Numbered from the stretch's first letter, positions 47,266-60,664 are shown. The stretch: 64,000 bases of DNA from Blepharisma stoltei ATCC 30299 (GCA_965603825.1 CBFDEM010000052.1:558001-622000), one strand, 5' to 3'. Notes: generated from the sequence alone by a model not told the origin. Numbers and translations are program-made.

Positions 47266-48648
47266 TTATCAAGCAAAACTCACAAAGTTGTGTGCTTTAT
47301 TGCCGCAAGATTTTGGAGAATTGGGGACTGATGAATATTTAGTACTCAGTGCCTGCTCTCTTTCTCCCATATAAATCTGAAACAATCGATTTTTGTGAGG
47401 TTTCCTCTTGCTATTGCTAGCTGTGTGCCCCATGCTTTTCGTCATTGTTTTTCTTTCATATTGAAAAAACCTTGTTGCTAAAGCTGTTGCGAAGTGAAGC
47501 TCAGATGGTCTTCTTTCGAAGTTTATGTGATCCTTATAGCTTTGTTTTGTCTTGTACTCTTCGTTGTTTGACTCCTCTAAATGCACATCAGAAGTACTTT
47601 TGCGGTGTCCAGAACCCAGCACGTCAATTAGCTCATTTAAGTTCCTTGGAGTGTCGGTAAATTCAAATTTCTGGTTACTCTCGTTATTTGGAGAAACCAC
47701 TCTGCTGACATCTGCTGAGTATAGCATTTTCCGCTTTTGTTCTAGTTTTTCTCTCATAATTGCTTTTTGGTGAGATTTTTCTATTGTTTTTGCAATCATT
47801 TTTACAAAAACTGGACTGTTAGGTGCTCTGTGGAATTTAAAATCAAAGCGGAATTTCAGAGATTCCCTAGATTTTCTCCTATCAGAAACTTTTCCTATGG
47901 GAATAAACTCTGGCACTGCAGATTCTAAATTTCTAGCATCTTCGTCAGGGTCTGGAGGCTGGTCAAGAAAAATGGTATTAGTCCTGTTTTTATTCCTGAC
48001 CCTGGGAATGTTGCTAAGCTCTTTGGCAAAAACAGGGTTTTCAAGCCTAATTAAATAATAATATCCATACCCATCGACACACAAATCATATCTCAGCTGG
48101 TCAACAATTTCACTTTGAAATCGGTATATATATTCTGCAATAAACAGAGTCATTTCGTGGGCTCTTTCGCATAGGGACTCATCTTTGACAGCGTCGCCGT
48201 TTTCTTTTTCAAATGATTTATATGAGAGCTCATTCTTGAACTCTCCATTTTCATTCTTGGCTTTCACTTTTATCATCACGTTGGAATAAGTCTCAGGAAG
48301 AGCCATATGGATGCTTCTCATTTGTAAACCGTACATGAGGTTTTTGGAAAAATTGATTGCCTCTTTTGCTCTTAGCACTTTCCTTCCTTTTTGATGATAT
48401 AAATAAGCAATTATTTTTTCTGGGGAATAGTCCTCTAAGATTGGACACCTTATGTTTAAAAAGTGAGTTAATAGTTGCGAAGTTTTGTTTAGGGTCTTTG
48501 TTGTTTTTGTAATTACAATCCCACTTTTATCGTTGGCATATCATTCTTGCAGTAGGTCACCTCTGCATAAGCCAGCTTCAAGAATTCTTAAAGGGGTTTT
48601 TCTTGTGTTAACTAACGAAAGAAGTCATGAATAAGTTTGATTTTCCAT
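47266..48648 (-). CDS. Hypothetical protein, about 460 aa
   Basis: ATG 48648 in frame with the 369-aa ORF through two TGA; ends TGA-TAA at 47271-47266. Confidence 0.75.
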
Positions 48649-49069
48649 GGAAATGAATTTCTTATATTATTTTTTTATTTTTACGAAGAAGTTCAACAGT
48701 TTCATATACAATATAGTAAATAATGTAAAAGAAAGAAATCTGATCTAATTATTTGGCATTTTCAAAAAAATTTAAAATTGCAAGAAGCACTTTGCAAGAG
48801 TAATATTAATAAAGCAAGATACTTAAATGAGTTTAGGAATATCATTTAATTTTGATGGGTAGTTAAAAATTAAAATCATTTAGAAAAAGAAAAATAATTA
48901 TCTTATATTATTCTTTAGTAAAGAAATGGATAAAATATCTCAATTCTATAGCAATCAAAGACAAAATGTATCGTGCCATCTTCATTAATGGCAATGAATC
49001 CCATTAAAAGCATTTTAATTAGTAAATACTTAATCATTGATTTGTAGTAAAAATTAAATTATACTCAAA

Positions 49070-50483
49070 ATGGGGAATTATTTGATACAAGGCAACCAAA
49101 GCACATCACTTGCCAGCTATCTCTTAAAACCAGTCGACTTTTCCATGCAAATTCTCACAAAATGTAAGCTTTAAGCAGGAATTCTCTCTGACATAATGTT
49201 TCTTTATAAAAGATTCATTCGTCTGCACACAGGAAAAGGCTTTCTCCTGTCCAGAGCTGAGGTGAAAAGATTAGCAAGAGTTTCTCCAATGGGCGGCATG
49301 GAAGATGTGATTTTCAATGCTTTTCATATGTTTAGCTCTCAGAAGTTGAACATCCTTGAAATCTTTGCGGCAGCCATCACATACAGTGACATGGAGTTAA
49401 ATGAAAAATTGAAACTTGCAATGTACATTTTCGATCTGGACGGCAGTAAATACTTGACAAAGGATGAGGTCTTACTGTTGTGCAGATCGTTCATCAGGGC
49501 TATTGGAAATATGACAAGAGGCCCTGAAATTGAAGAGCCTAGCATTTTGGTTCTTTGTGACACTTTTTTCTCTGTACTTAATAAAAACACAAATGGAAAA
49601 ATTAGCTTGGATGAGTAATTTATTATTCAGCCTCAAAAATTTAGTATTTCTGAATCAAACTTTAACTGAGCTTCTCAATAAAAATATCAAAATGAAAGAG
49701 CTTAAAATTTTCGCTACAGAAAATTCGCCCCGGAATAAAACACCCTTAATAAAAAGAGGACACCGTCGGGTTGAAACTATCGGAGCTTCACCTTTCACAA
49801 TTAAAGCCCGAGCCACAAGCCGACAAAGAGACACATCAGCCACTTCAAAAGTAAGAAGATCATCTTTCAGAAAAAAACGAACTGATAACTTCAGTGTTTC
49901 CATTGGAAATGAGTTAATTTCCAGATGCGAAGCCAATAGATTTTACGAGGTCTTCAAAGCAGCAGCCAAAGGACAAAACGTAGCAATTTCATTTTTAATC
50001 CACAATTTAATGCTGCAAGAAAGAGACCTTGTATACGACGCAGACCTCATTCCTCAGACCAGCGAAATCATGAATTTCACACAAATGCTTTCAATGATCT
50101 ATAGGAATGCTACACCGGCCGAAATCCGAAGACTTGTCAGAATTATTGACCGTAAGAAATATTTAGCCAATTTAGAGCCTGAGACACCGATTCTGGAAAA
50201 TAATCAAGAGTATAGGAAAAGACTGTCATTTAGGACAGCAAAGATTTATCCACAGCTTTTTGATAAATTTGAGAAGGATAAAGACGGGTTCATCGGATTT
50301 AAAGCGTTGAAAAAAGTACTTGGAGACAAGTTTCAAGAAGAAAATCTACACAAATTATATGATCAGTATCGCACAGATAAAGGTATTGATCTTCAAGGGT
50401 TCATAATGATGTTCGCACCAAATAATTCATATATAACGCAGGATGTACTTCATAAGCTCTTGACATATAATGTAAAGACATAG
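49070..50483 (+). CDS. EF-hand calcium-binding protein, 460 aa, two tiny introns
   Basis: MGN start; DLDGSKYLTKDE, NKNTNGKISLDD, EKDKDGFIGFKA; introns 49164-49178 and 49615-49630 join the three frames. Confidence 0.85.
49164..49178 (+). other. 15-nt intron splitting a T|GA (Trp) codon
   Basis: gtaagctttaagcag; contains an in-frame TAA. Confidence 0.85.
49615..49630 (+). other. 16-nt intron
   Basis: gtaatttattattcag; explains the frame change between ORFs 49196 and 49530. Confidence 0.88.
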
Positions 50484-50804
50484 ACCGAGCAACACACGTA
50501 TATAGATTCATAACGTAATTTTTTTATAAATTTTTGGATACCATTAATTTTAATTTCCATTAGCCTATGAACAATTAAATAATAGTTACTAGGATTACTT
50601 TAATAACTCTATTATTAAATTCGAGCATATATGCAAATATCCTAAATTATTTGAACTGATTTTAATTAGTTTAAGACACTAAATTCTGATAAATTAACTA
50701 GTTCAGGGTTATATAAAGAAAAGTTTTATAAGAATTTCACTTAAAATTTTCAACCCGTTATTAAAGAACAATTTTATTTAATTTCTTTTGTTCAAATAAT
50801 TATA

Positions 50805-53402
50805 ATGGATATTGGAAGGCCTTTGAAACTTATTGATATAAAGGACAATGGCGAGATGGAAGTCACAACAGAAGGAATCGCCCATCTTCAAAGCTACACA
50901 AATTCAGTTGGTCTAGTATGTGTAATTGGTTCTCCATGTGTAGGAAAATCCACTCTTGCAAACAAAATCCTCGATCGGCCTCAAGGTTTTGAAGTTGGCA
51001 ACGGTCGAGAAATGCTAACAAGGGGTATTTGGATTTGGAACCAGTCTATAAAAGTAATCCAAAAAGACGATACTGGAATTGAAAAAGAAGGCGAGCTTCT
51101 TGTTCTTGATTGTGAAGCCTTTACATCTCGGCCAGACCAAAACATCCAGTTAGGACTCCAAATTCTCGCATTGGCTTCTTTATTAAGCTCTCATCTTGTG
51201 CTCTGCACAAGCCAAGCAATCAATAATCAGTACTTGCAAGATCTTGAAATCCTAAATGAATTGCCAACAGCTATTTTGGTCAGGTAAGCTTTATATAGAA
51301 AAAAACAAGACTCAAGGAACTATCTGGGGAATTATCTTCCAAGCCTCTCTTGGGTTATTTCTGGGCCTGACATCAAGCTAGGAGGACAGTCTGCGACGTA
51401 AAGGCTACATAGGAAATATTTGGAAAAATGCTTATCAAAGCAAGCTGGAGAGCCTGCAGCAATCACAAATATAAAAACCAACATCAAAAATTTCTTCAAA
51501 AAGCGGGCGTGTTTTAGCATTCCTCCTTTAATTGACGACAAAAATCCCCAGCAAAAATCAGCATATCAAGCTTCAATTGCTCCGTTTGTTGAATATATAA
51601 GGTCAAGCACTGAAAATAAAAGGTTCAATGGGAAGCTCATAAGCGGAGCTGTCCTTTCTAACATGGCCCAGGCCTTTGTGCATAGGTTTCATAAGAAAGC
51701 TCCTGCCGTCATCCTAAATGCTTTTGAAAGAGCTGTAGCTTCAGAGTCGCGCCGCCACAAAGAAAAGCTATTTATCAGGTACCTAGACAAAATGGGACTA
51801 ATTGAAAATGACATGCCCTGTGATGAAGAACATCTATGGAAAGAGCACCAATCTGTGCTAAAAGAGCTACTAAAAGAATTTGATGGGATGATGCTAGGAG
51901 TAATCGAGCAGGAAGAAGTCCAAGAAGAAAGAAATAGTCTTATTGAAAGAATTGACTCTTATTATGAAGACTTAAAAGCAGCTAATAATAAAGCTAGTGA
52001 TGCCAAATGCAGAGATGCCTTTAAATCAGCCTTTGACCCAATTAAGGCAGAAGCGCTGAAATATAATGAGGATGGTAGTGCAAATGTGACGGAACTGGAG
52101 CAAAGTATTTTAAATGCTATAAATAAGTATCAAGATAACGCTGAAGGACCGATGGCTGAGACTGTTTTTGCAGAAGAGATTGCGTTTTTGGTACCTCATA
52201 TGTGTAGCTTATTAAGAGATATGCACAGCCATTCAGATACTGATAAAGAGGATTTGGAACGAGAAATCAAAAATTTAACGAGGCACAGAGATGAGGCGAG
52301 GGCTGGAGAAAAAAGACTGAGGGATTTGTTAGAAGAGACCAATAAAAACTACGAAAAGCAATTAGAGCAGAGAGAAAAACAAATTGCTGAACTTCAAGCC
52401 AATGTCAATTCAAGAATACACGCAGCTGAAAGCAAAGCCAGACTCCAAGCCAGAGAAATCCAAGGATTGAAGCTGGAACTTGAACAAGCCCAAAAAGAAA
52501 GAGAAATGGTGATTGAAGCAGAAAGAGACATGTACGAAAAAAAGATCAGCGACATGGAAAGCAAACTTTATAAATTACAATTGGAAAATGGGAAGTATGA
52601 AAAGTCGCTTGACGAGCTCAGAGAAGAACAAGAAAAAATAATTTCAGATAAAAATGAACAAATCAATGATCTGTCAAGAAGGATTAAACTTATGGAAACA
52701 CAGTCAGAAGCCCCAAGCACTCGCCAAGACTCTTCGATTCTCAGGTCTTTCAGAGACTATTTAGAAGACATTTTCAATAAATTTTCAAAAGAGCAGAATG
52801 GCAACGCTAAATATTTGTCTCAGCTTGAAAGAGTTTCAAGCCTCCAAAGCGAACTTAATCAATTCAAACTGCAGGAACAAGAAAACAGGAACAAGCTTAT
52901 AGACGAGTATGAAGAAAAGCTAGGCCAGCTTAGGGCTGAAAAAGAAGCAATTGCGAAAGAGCTTGCAGAGGTCCTGGAAAAACAAAAATTAGATTTAAAC
53001 TTGAATATTGATAACTTGGCCATTGATATAGAGAGTACAAACTCTGAAAGAGAAGAACAAATCAAAAGAGTCATTGATGAGAAAAATGAAATTTCTAATG
53101 AATTGAATAAAAGAGAGCAGCAGCTGCTGGACCAGAATGAAGCAATGGACGCTTATAAAAAGCAAATAGACACACTGCAAATTGAATTGGATGATAGGGA
53201 TAACATGCTAAATAGGCTGAAGATTGAAAATGTGGAGGAAAAGGATGATAATGATATATTGATAAGCTTGATGGGGGTTGTTATGGAGGTTCAACAAAAA
53301 AAAAGAAATGTGCAGACCATCCATTTAGGGAGGATTCAGAATTCAGATAATCGAGGGAAAGTAGCGAAACTTTTTAAGAAATTTGGAATACCATATGAAT
53401 AA
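50805..53402 (+). CDS. Guanylate-binding protein (GBP/atlastin family)-like with long coiled coil, 855 aa
   Basis: VIGSPCVGKS, TRGIWIW, LVLDCE, LASLLSS, IKNFFKKR.CF; introns 51284-51298 and 51398-51412. Confidence 0.88.
51284..51298 (+). other. 15-nt intron (GBP)
   Basis: gtaagctttatatag; removes an in-frame TAA. Confidence 0.9.
51398..51412 (+). other. 15-nt intron (GBP)
   Basis: gtaaaggctacatag; removal gives SAT-KYLEKCL. Confidence 0.9.
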
Positions 53403-53590
53403 TTAACTAATTCATTAAATAAATAATAAGACTAAGCTTTGACTTTATTCAATAAGACTTTCACTAATTAATTTATTATGGCTTTATTAATTGTTTTATC
53501 TATTCTCATCAATTCTATTTATCTATATTTTATTTCAAGTTTTGAATTAAAATATCTTCATCTAAATCTATTCTTTGGCCATAAATAATA

Positions 53591-54484
53591 ATGAGTCTAA
53601 GCTGGCTATCAACCAAATCCCTTTTCGGGCTAACTATCGGACTCGGAATTGGATATGCAGGATTCAACTTCCTCTTCCACAAAAAGCCCAAAGCCCACAC
53701 CCACGAGACTTATGTTTCAAAAACCCTTCTCCTTGCTATACTAAAAGAAATAAACAGAGAAATGATCGCGCTCGCCATCTCCCTCGCAACAACTGCAGCT
53801 CAAATCCGAGAACAAATGAGCCCAAATTATCCTGAAAAGATAATCCTACAAATGATAGAGTCCAGCAGTAAGTAATATCTAGCTTCCTTTCCAAAGCAAA
53901 TGGAATCGCTAGAAAAAAGAGTTTATGAAAGATTTAATACAAATAAAAAGGTCGTCGAAAAAGCATTTAAAAAGGATTTTCATGATGATCCGTAAACCCT
54001 AAACAGTGATATCCAAGACCTCTGTTTAAAGGCTAGAAAAATCGTCGAAAACGCGTTTAAAGGGATACTCCCAGTCATAGGAAGTCCTTTACCAGATTTC
54101 ATGACGTCTGATTTTGTGTTAAGTATTATGAGAGAAATTTATAACAAAAATACAAAGGCTACACTTATAATGATTAGAGAAGCAGAAACTAAAGGAATTT
54201 TAATCAATTTTAAAGACCAGCGCTTCATTGAAGTGACTCAAGAAATTGAGACAAAAATAGAGCTTGAAAAGCGGGAGATTTTTGAAAAATACCGATTAAT
54301 GCATTATGAAGATTCACCAAGCTGTATCATCCATAATGCCATTAAGCAATTTTCGCAGAATTCAAAAGAGTTTAGGAGAGAGTTAAATAGGATTGAAAAT
54401 GGGTACCACAGCACGATTCAGCAGATCATGCAAAATCAGCTTTCTAGGGACCAAGAATTCCAGATAATGAATAGGCTAGATTAG
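53591..54484 (+). CDS. N-terminally membrane-anchored helical hypothetical protein, 287 aa, two introns
   Basis: TM LFGLTIGLGIGYAGFNFLF; introns 53868-53882 and 53992-54006 give one continuous frame. Confidence 0.8.
53868..53882 (+). other. 15-nt intron
   Basis: gtaagtaatatctag; contains an in-frame TAA. Confidence 0.88.
53992..54006 (+). other. 15-nt intron
   Basis: gtaaaccctaaacag; contains an in-frame TAA. Confidence 0.88.
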
Positions 54485-54540
54485 ACTTTTATTAAAATTT
54501 AATTTTAATGTGACTGATTAGAAAGCTTCTTTTAAATATC

Positions 54541-54810
54541 TTATTGGTTGTGCTTCAACAAATAATAAGCAAAAAATTCGACTGGGTTGCTTGGTCGACA
54601 TTGGTCAAGCTCTGATAGCGCTTTCAGCACGATCTCTGAAACAGTTGAGTTCAAGTAAGTCCTAGTTGGCATTATTTTAGGATTCAATTTATTGTTAATT
54701 CTTTGTGCAGTCTCTTCTGCTTTGAGCCCTTCTTCTGGGTTGTCGTACCCACACTCTGGGTCAATCATTCTCATTGACTTCGACTTCATCGAGGAAACTT
54801 CAGAGTCCAT
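54541..54810 (-). CDS. Dpy-30 motif protein, 89 aa
   Basis: PTRTYLNSTVSEIVLKALSELDQCRPSNPVEFFAYYLLK; ATG 54810 follows an A-rich leader. Confidence 0.85.
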   Translation of the reverse strand: MDSEVSSMKSKSMRMIDPECGYDNPEEGLKAEETAQRINNKLNPKIMPTRTYLNSTVSEIVLKALSELDQCRPSNPVEFFAYYLLKHNQ

Positions 54811-54839
54811 TTTATTTTTATTTAAAACATTATATATAT

Positions 54840-56771
54840 TTAATAAATCATGCATTTCAGGTTTCCTTTCCCACAAATATTTCTTCCTCCTTGGATAAAG
54901 ACCTTAGTAGGACCTTCTACATTTCCGCTGATATTATGTTTCATTTCTTCAGGGTCATCTAAGAAGGTAACCAGGTCTCTAGATCCTTCGCCTATTAGCA
55001 TAGCTCCCTGTGTGTTATCAACGATGAGAGTTTTCTCTATGACCACTCTGAATTTCGCAACGGTGATTCCATATGCTTTATTGATAGAGATATCACTATT
55101 AGAAAGAATGACTGTCCCTCTAAGGTTTTCTGGAGCTATTTGATCTTTTCCTTTCACATAAGAAGTGGGCTCTCTTGACTGCATTAAATATACTCCGTTA
55201 TGATAATTTTCTGTAATCTTGCATTGGTCAATTGTGATGCTTCCCTGGTAGAAATCGAGGACAGTGACTCCATTTTCCCCATTGCTGTATATTTTGCATT
55301 TTTTTATTTCAAGGCTTGTTTCAATTTCTGCTTCTTTATTGGAGCTACCTACCACCATTACCCCTCCTAAGCTGTTTCTATACAGTTCATTGTTATCGAA
55401 AACTCCTCCAGCGTCATACAAATATACTCCATAGCCTCCACAGGAATCATAGCATCGATTAAGTGTAACCATGATTCGGGAATCTGGGGTCAATTTGTAT
55501 ACTTTTTGCAGCCACAAGCCGCTTCCTTGGCTTCAATTAAAATCATTAGACAAAACATAGAGGTCTTGGAGCGCTAAATGGCGCACAGCTAAAGCTTCTT
55601 TAGCAGACTGCTCGATTTTATTTTTTATTATATTCACAATAGATGGAAAATGGCAGACATGCTCGCTTCAAATGCTGACTCCATAAGCTCCAGAGTTTTT
55701 TATGTCATTTCCTTCAATTCTAATCGTCCTTGATTGGATTTCTCTTGAATTCGTCAAAGAGCCAGACCGTGAGCTGGGTTTTCCAAAACTTGAATTTGGA
55801 ATTATCCTAATTTCGACTGAGGTTTTTTGACAATTTTGAATGACGCTTTCTAATAGTTGAAAATTGGTAGGGTTTAATATACTGACTCCATTTCCAATAC
55901 AGTTGTTTATATGAGTTTTTTCAATATGAATTGAGGAGTTTATACCTCCTTTGATAATCTCATGGAAGTTGCTGATATTGCACGATTTTATGACAAGAGA
56001 ACTGTTATATCTCAAATCAATCCTTGTTGCGTGTCTCTTGAAAGAAATTCCATTTGCTCAAAAGCAAACATCTTGCAGCTCTTCTGAAGAGTCCTCTACT
56101 GTAGAAACCATCTCTTTTTCTTCATGATTGATGCTTCGAATATCACAGTCGCGTACTTCTATACTTGTATTTGGTGAGTCCATAATAAAGAGTGCTGGCG
56201 GAGACGTGCTGGACTTAGCAGCACCCCCAGTGAGGTTAAAAATAATAGAAAGCTCACACATCAGCGCTGATTCTGATATTGATCCAATCATGCTCTCTTT
56301 CGAGTGACTGCTGAAATCAACTACAATTGACCCGTTCGCTATTTCCAAGGTGCAGCCAGGCGTTCCTTTGATGGTTATCGGGGATGTAATCAAAAGTCCA
56401 TTTAAGGTGATGTTTTGGGGAGGCAAAGTGATTATTGCTCCAGGAGCCGCTTTCCTTATAACTTCTTGAAGTCTTAAAGCGACGTCGTTTTCGTCCTGAA
56501 AGCTTAAACGACTTAAGTCAATTTCTTGGAGCCCAATTGAAAAAAGTTGCTCGATTGTTCGAAATGAATCTTGAGATATCGCTCTTGAAATCTCCATGCT
56601 AGGACGAGATATCGAGGTTTGAAATTTCCCTGAGCAACTGAACTGAGAGCGGTTGCTCATTGATTCTTCTTTGTAGTGGAGATCGTTTGCGTTGTGGTAA
56701 AAGGTGTTTTTGAGGATTTTTCGTTCGATATTTGAAAGGTTATTCTCTTTATGTGAATACCCACTTGACAT
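54840..56771 (-). CDS. Right-handed parallel beta-helix (PbH1 repeat) protein, 643 aa, CaaX-like end (CMIY)
   Basis: Three ORFs joined by TGA at 56058, 55668 and about 55533; repeats I..C.I..N...GV. Confidence 0.82.
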
Positions 56772-57179
56772 AATAAAATATGGGAATTTAATTTGCCTTT
56801 TGATTTAATAGAAAATCAGCGTGAACAGGATTTGCAGATGCTTGCTGAAGTAATATTCGGTAAGGAAATTGAAGAAATCCTATGAGGGCTTAGCAAAGAG
56901 TAGAAGATTTTTGATTTTTTAATCAATGAATTTAATTATAAAAGATTGCTATAAATTTATATACATTAAAGCAATATGGAAAGAAAAAAAATTGAGAAAA
57001 TTTTGATTTATTTTGTAGATTGTCTCTTAAACTCTTTAAGGTCATTAATGATTTAAAACCATTAGCACAAAATGAGCCTCAAAAACTTAAAAAATATGTT
57101 GGCTTTCGTGCATATGAAATAGTGAGAAGTTAATTATTGATAAAGTAAAAAAATTGAGTTGAAAATCTTCTCACGATAA

Positions 57180-58568
57180 ATGGCTGAGCAACTAAAAAGA
57201 AAAATTGACTCTTTAGGCATTTCGAATAAAACTTTATCTGAAATAACCAATCTTACAGGGTCAACACTTGACAAAGTACTGAAAAGAATCAGGATCAAGT
57301 GAATAAATGATGGGCAAACCCAGAAAATCAAGCTAAAACAACTAATTGATGATAGAAATTCTGAAGAAACTGACAAAGAAACTCAGCAAGCATTGCTGGA
57401 ACGACGTCAAAAAGAAGAGGAAGAAAAAGCAATCGCAGCTTTAAAGCTAACTAAAAAGCTAAATAAAGAAATGAAAGAACGCGAAGAAAGATTAAAAGAA
57501 CGGGAAAATGAAATGCTAAGGAAAATACAAGAAGAAGTTTTACTTGAAGAAAAATTGAAGGAGGAAATGCTGCTTGAAAAAGACGAATTGAAAAGGCAGC
57601 AACTAAAAGAGCTTCAAGAAAAATCACGCTCAAGAAAAAAGGAAATCGCGTTGATGAAAGAAATTCAAGAAAAAGAAACCAAAAAAATTTTATCTGAAAA
57701 GCCTCTATATCAAAAATTAGACGAGCTTTATACAAATGAAATACTTATGCCAGAGCTTGAAAGAAAAAAAGCTGAACTCGCCAAAAAGAGAATGCTCTTT
57801 AAGCCATTAGATCATAATGAATTAGCTGAGTACGAAAAAAGGCATGACGAGATGCTAAGAGAGTGCGAAGAAAGACGCAGAGAAAGAGCCAAACAGAGAT
57901 CTATTGATCACATAGCGAACTCTGCTTCTCTTGACTTAAAGTCAAAATTCTACGACAACATCCTAGAAGAAGAAAAAAAGCTGAAAGAAGAAAAAGAAAA
58001 AGAATTTTTACAGAAAAAGCTAAAACTCGAAAAGCAGCTTTTATATTCAGAAATAATTAAAGAGGCATATTCACCAATAATAGACCCAGCAAAGCAAAAA
58101 GAAATGAAATTATTAATAGAAAAGCTAAAGCATGACCCTTTTTCAGCTCGACACAAAAAGTCTATAAACAGCTGAAGCGAGCGAAGAGTCTCTGAAGGGA
58201 ATCAATCGATTCATTCAAGAAAATGAAAAGAAAACCCTATGGTCCCGAAGCTTAAGCCTCCAAGAGAGCCAATATTTATTGACTATTTAGCAGAAAAAAG
58301 GAAAGAAAGAGAAAACTCAGACTCCCCAGTCTTTGGAAGAAATGCGAAACAATGAGTCGAAGGTCTGGCTGACACAAATCTCACAGATCGAGACAGGATA
58401 AAAATCAAAGCAAAAGCAGCCAAATTAGAAAGATATGTACAGCAGCAAGAAGTCAAGCTCGAGTTCCTTGATCCATATAATGGAGAAGGAATCAAGGCGG
58501 CTAATGACTTAAACGACATGTTGGTGAGCTCTATCAAAGCCAAGCTTGCACTACTCGAAAAAGTATAA
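57180..58568 (+). CDS. Coiled-coil hypothetical protein, 462 aa
   Basis: ATG 57180 to TAA 58566-58568 through four TGA; E/K/R-rich; C-terminal NDMLVSSIKAKLALL. Confidence 0.8.
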
Positions 58569-58731
58569 TTTTGATAAATTTCTAAACAATTCCACAGATG
58601 ACTGGCTCCAATCTTTAAAACGATCTAATAATTGTTTAATTTTTGAACCCACCCAACTCCCATTTTTATTTGCTGGACATTTTTAGGCTTTTTTTTGTAA
58701 CAGACATGACGATAATAATAATAAATTAGCG

Positions 58732-59451
58732 ATGATTAACTTGAAAACAGAGAAAATACACATAAAGTGTTCTGATTGAGTTTGGACTTTATTCCAGGCT
58801 ATTCAGATCTCAATCATCGGGCTCATGACTTGGTCTCTCTTATCAGAAGATTGGCTGAAACTCGGGTTTTCTGGCCAATATTATGATTTGAGATGGACAG
58901 GCTCTTTGAACTCAGTTCACAAGGGCCTAGGAGGTCTTAAAGGCACTTCATACTCTGACTTATTTAAGGCGTACTGCAGCAGAAGTGATTTGTCCCAAGA
59001 CATCCAAATCAACGAGTCAACTTGGTGCAAAATGTTTGCGTCCCTTTGGGTAAGCGAAATTGTTTACGTCCTATTCGAAGTTGTGGCGATGCTATTAATG
59101 GTCAGTTGGACCATTTCCCTGAGACTTGCTTTAAAGACCAACAAATTAAGGCGAGTCCCTGGCATATGCTCGGCCAATGGAGCATGGGTTTTGCATGTAG
59201 CCGGATTCATCACGTGGATGGTTCTGTCTCGTGCAAATTTCAGTGGAGACTGCAACAAGGAAAGTGATGGAAAATCACCTCCTAAACTTTGCGCTCTTAC
59301 TGGCCCTACTATTGCTCTGGCCTTGGCAATAATAATGCCTATCTTGGCAATATCATATCCATTCCTCATAAGATGCCTTACAAAATCGGTTGAAACTCAG
59401 TCCGCCATTCCTAAGCAGCCTGAAGGGAAGATGATAGAAGTCACAGTATAA
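58732..59451 (+). CDS. Four-TM claudin/PMP22-like membrane protein, 239 aa
   Basis: Extended upstream through TGA 58777; TM1-W...W.G.L..C...C loop followed by three further TM helices. Confidence 0.7.
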
Positions 59452-59481
59452 TATAAATAATTGGAATATGAGTAATAATAA

Positions 59482-60495
59482 ATGTGGATCTGCTTAATAT
59501 CTATATGTGTATTCGTGATATCACCAATAATGATCATCGAGCTTTGCCTTTATAAGCTTAGACCTTTAATCAAATATACAAGAAATCTCCCAAATTCAGG
59601 AGTCGACATATTTCGTAGGTGAGATATACCAAAATGAAATAGGCTAAAATTTTACCTTGGGGCAATCATATTCCTCTATCTCAGACTGCTCCTCCTTTTT
59701 ACATGTGTATTTATGCATTGGGTTTCAGCTAAAATTGTGATGTATAAATTCCCTATAGAGTCACAGCCACTAACTTCTAAAAGACGAGCATTTTTCAAGC
59801 TTTCTTCAAGGTTTTGGAGCAGGACGTTACTACTAGCTTTGGGATATTGGAAAATAACTAATCATGGGCAGGCTATTGACAAAGTTTGTGTGCTTGTTTC
59901 AAATCATACATCTTTTATTGATATTTTATACTTTCTTTGTGATGAAGACGTTCCTTCACTTGTTTCCAAAAATGGGGTTAAAGGATTTCCATTTATTGGG
60001 ACAATAGCGACGGCAATGCAATGCTTGTTTATTGATAGATTTGAAGGCAGAGAAGAAGCGCTAAAATTGATAGAAAAAAGAGAAATTGAGATAGCTAAGA
60101 AGGTCGGGTACCCCAAGCTGGTGCTATTCCCGGAAGGGACCACTACAAATGGAACTGGACTGCTATATTTTAAAAGGGGACCTTTTATTGCTAAATTGCC
60201 TGTGCAGCCAATTGTGTTGAGATATCCAGAAGGAAATTTCTCAGCCGCTATAGATGTGATTCCTATATGAATTAGTGCAATTTTGTTGATTTGCCAAATT
60301 AGGAATCAGCTAATTGTCAATAGGCTACCAGTAGCTCTACCAAGAGAAGATATAACAATAAAAGAATTTGCTGAGAGTGTTAGAGCAACAATGGCTGACT
60401 TTATGAAAGTCCCTATGGTTTCAACAACAATTGAGGAGAAAAATGAATTGATCTCAAAAATATTTGGCTATAAGATTAAGGATAAAAGTGTTTAA
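59482..60495 (+). CDS. Lysophospholipid acyltransferase (LPCAT/AGPAT family), 337 aa
   Basis: NHTSFID (HX4D), FIDR, FPEGTTTNG, FKRGPF...PVQP; three TGA read as Trp. Confidence 0.92.
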
Positions 60496-60664
60496 ATAAT
60501 TAGGTTAAATTTTTGAATTAGTGCTCTAATTGTTTCAGAATGCGATTAAAGCAATCTAAACTTGGAAATGATATTATAAAACAAAATTTATCTATTTCTG
60601 TACTGAAGAGAGCTGATGCCGTTTTTATTCATAAAATGTTGAAGAAATTTTAACTATAAAAATA

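Noticed and set aside
54811-54876. Apparent overlap of the Dpy-30 ORF with the beta-helix gene end
   Set aside because: Arises from a non-ATG start in the track; ATG 54810 with an A-rich leader removes the overlap.
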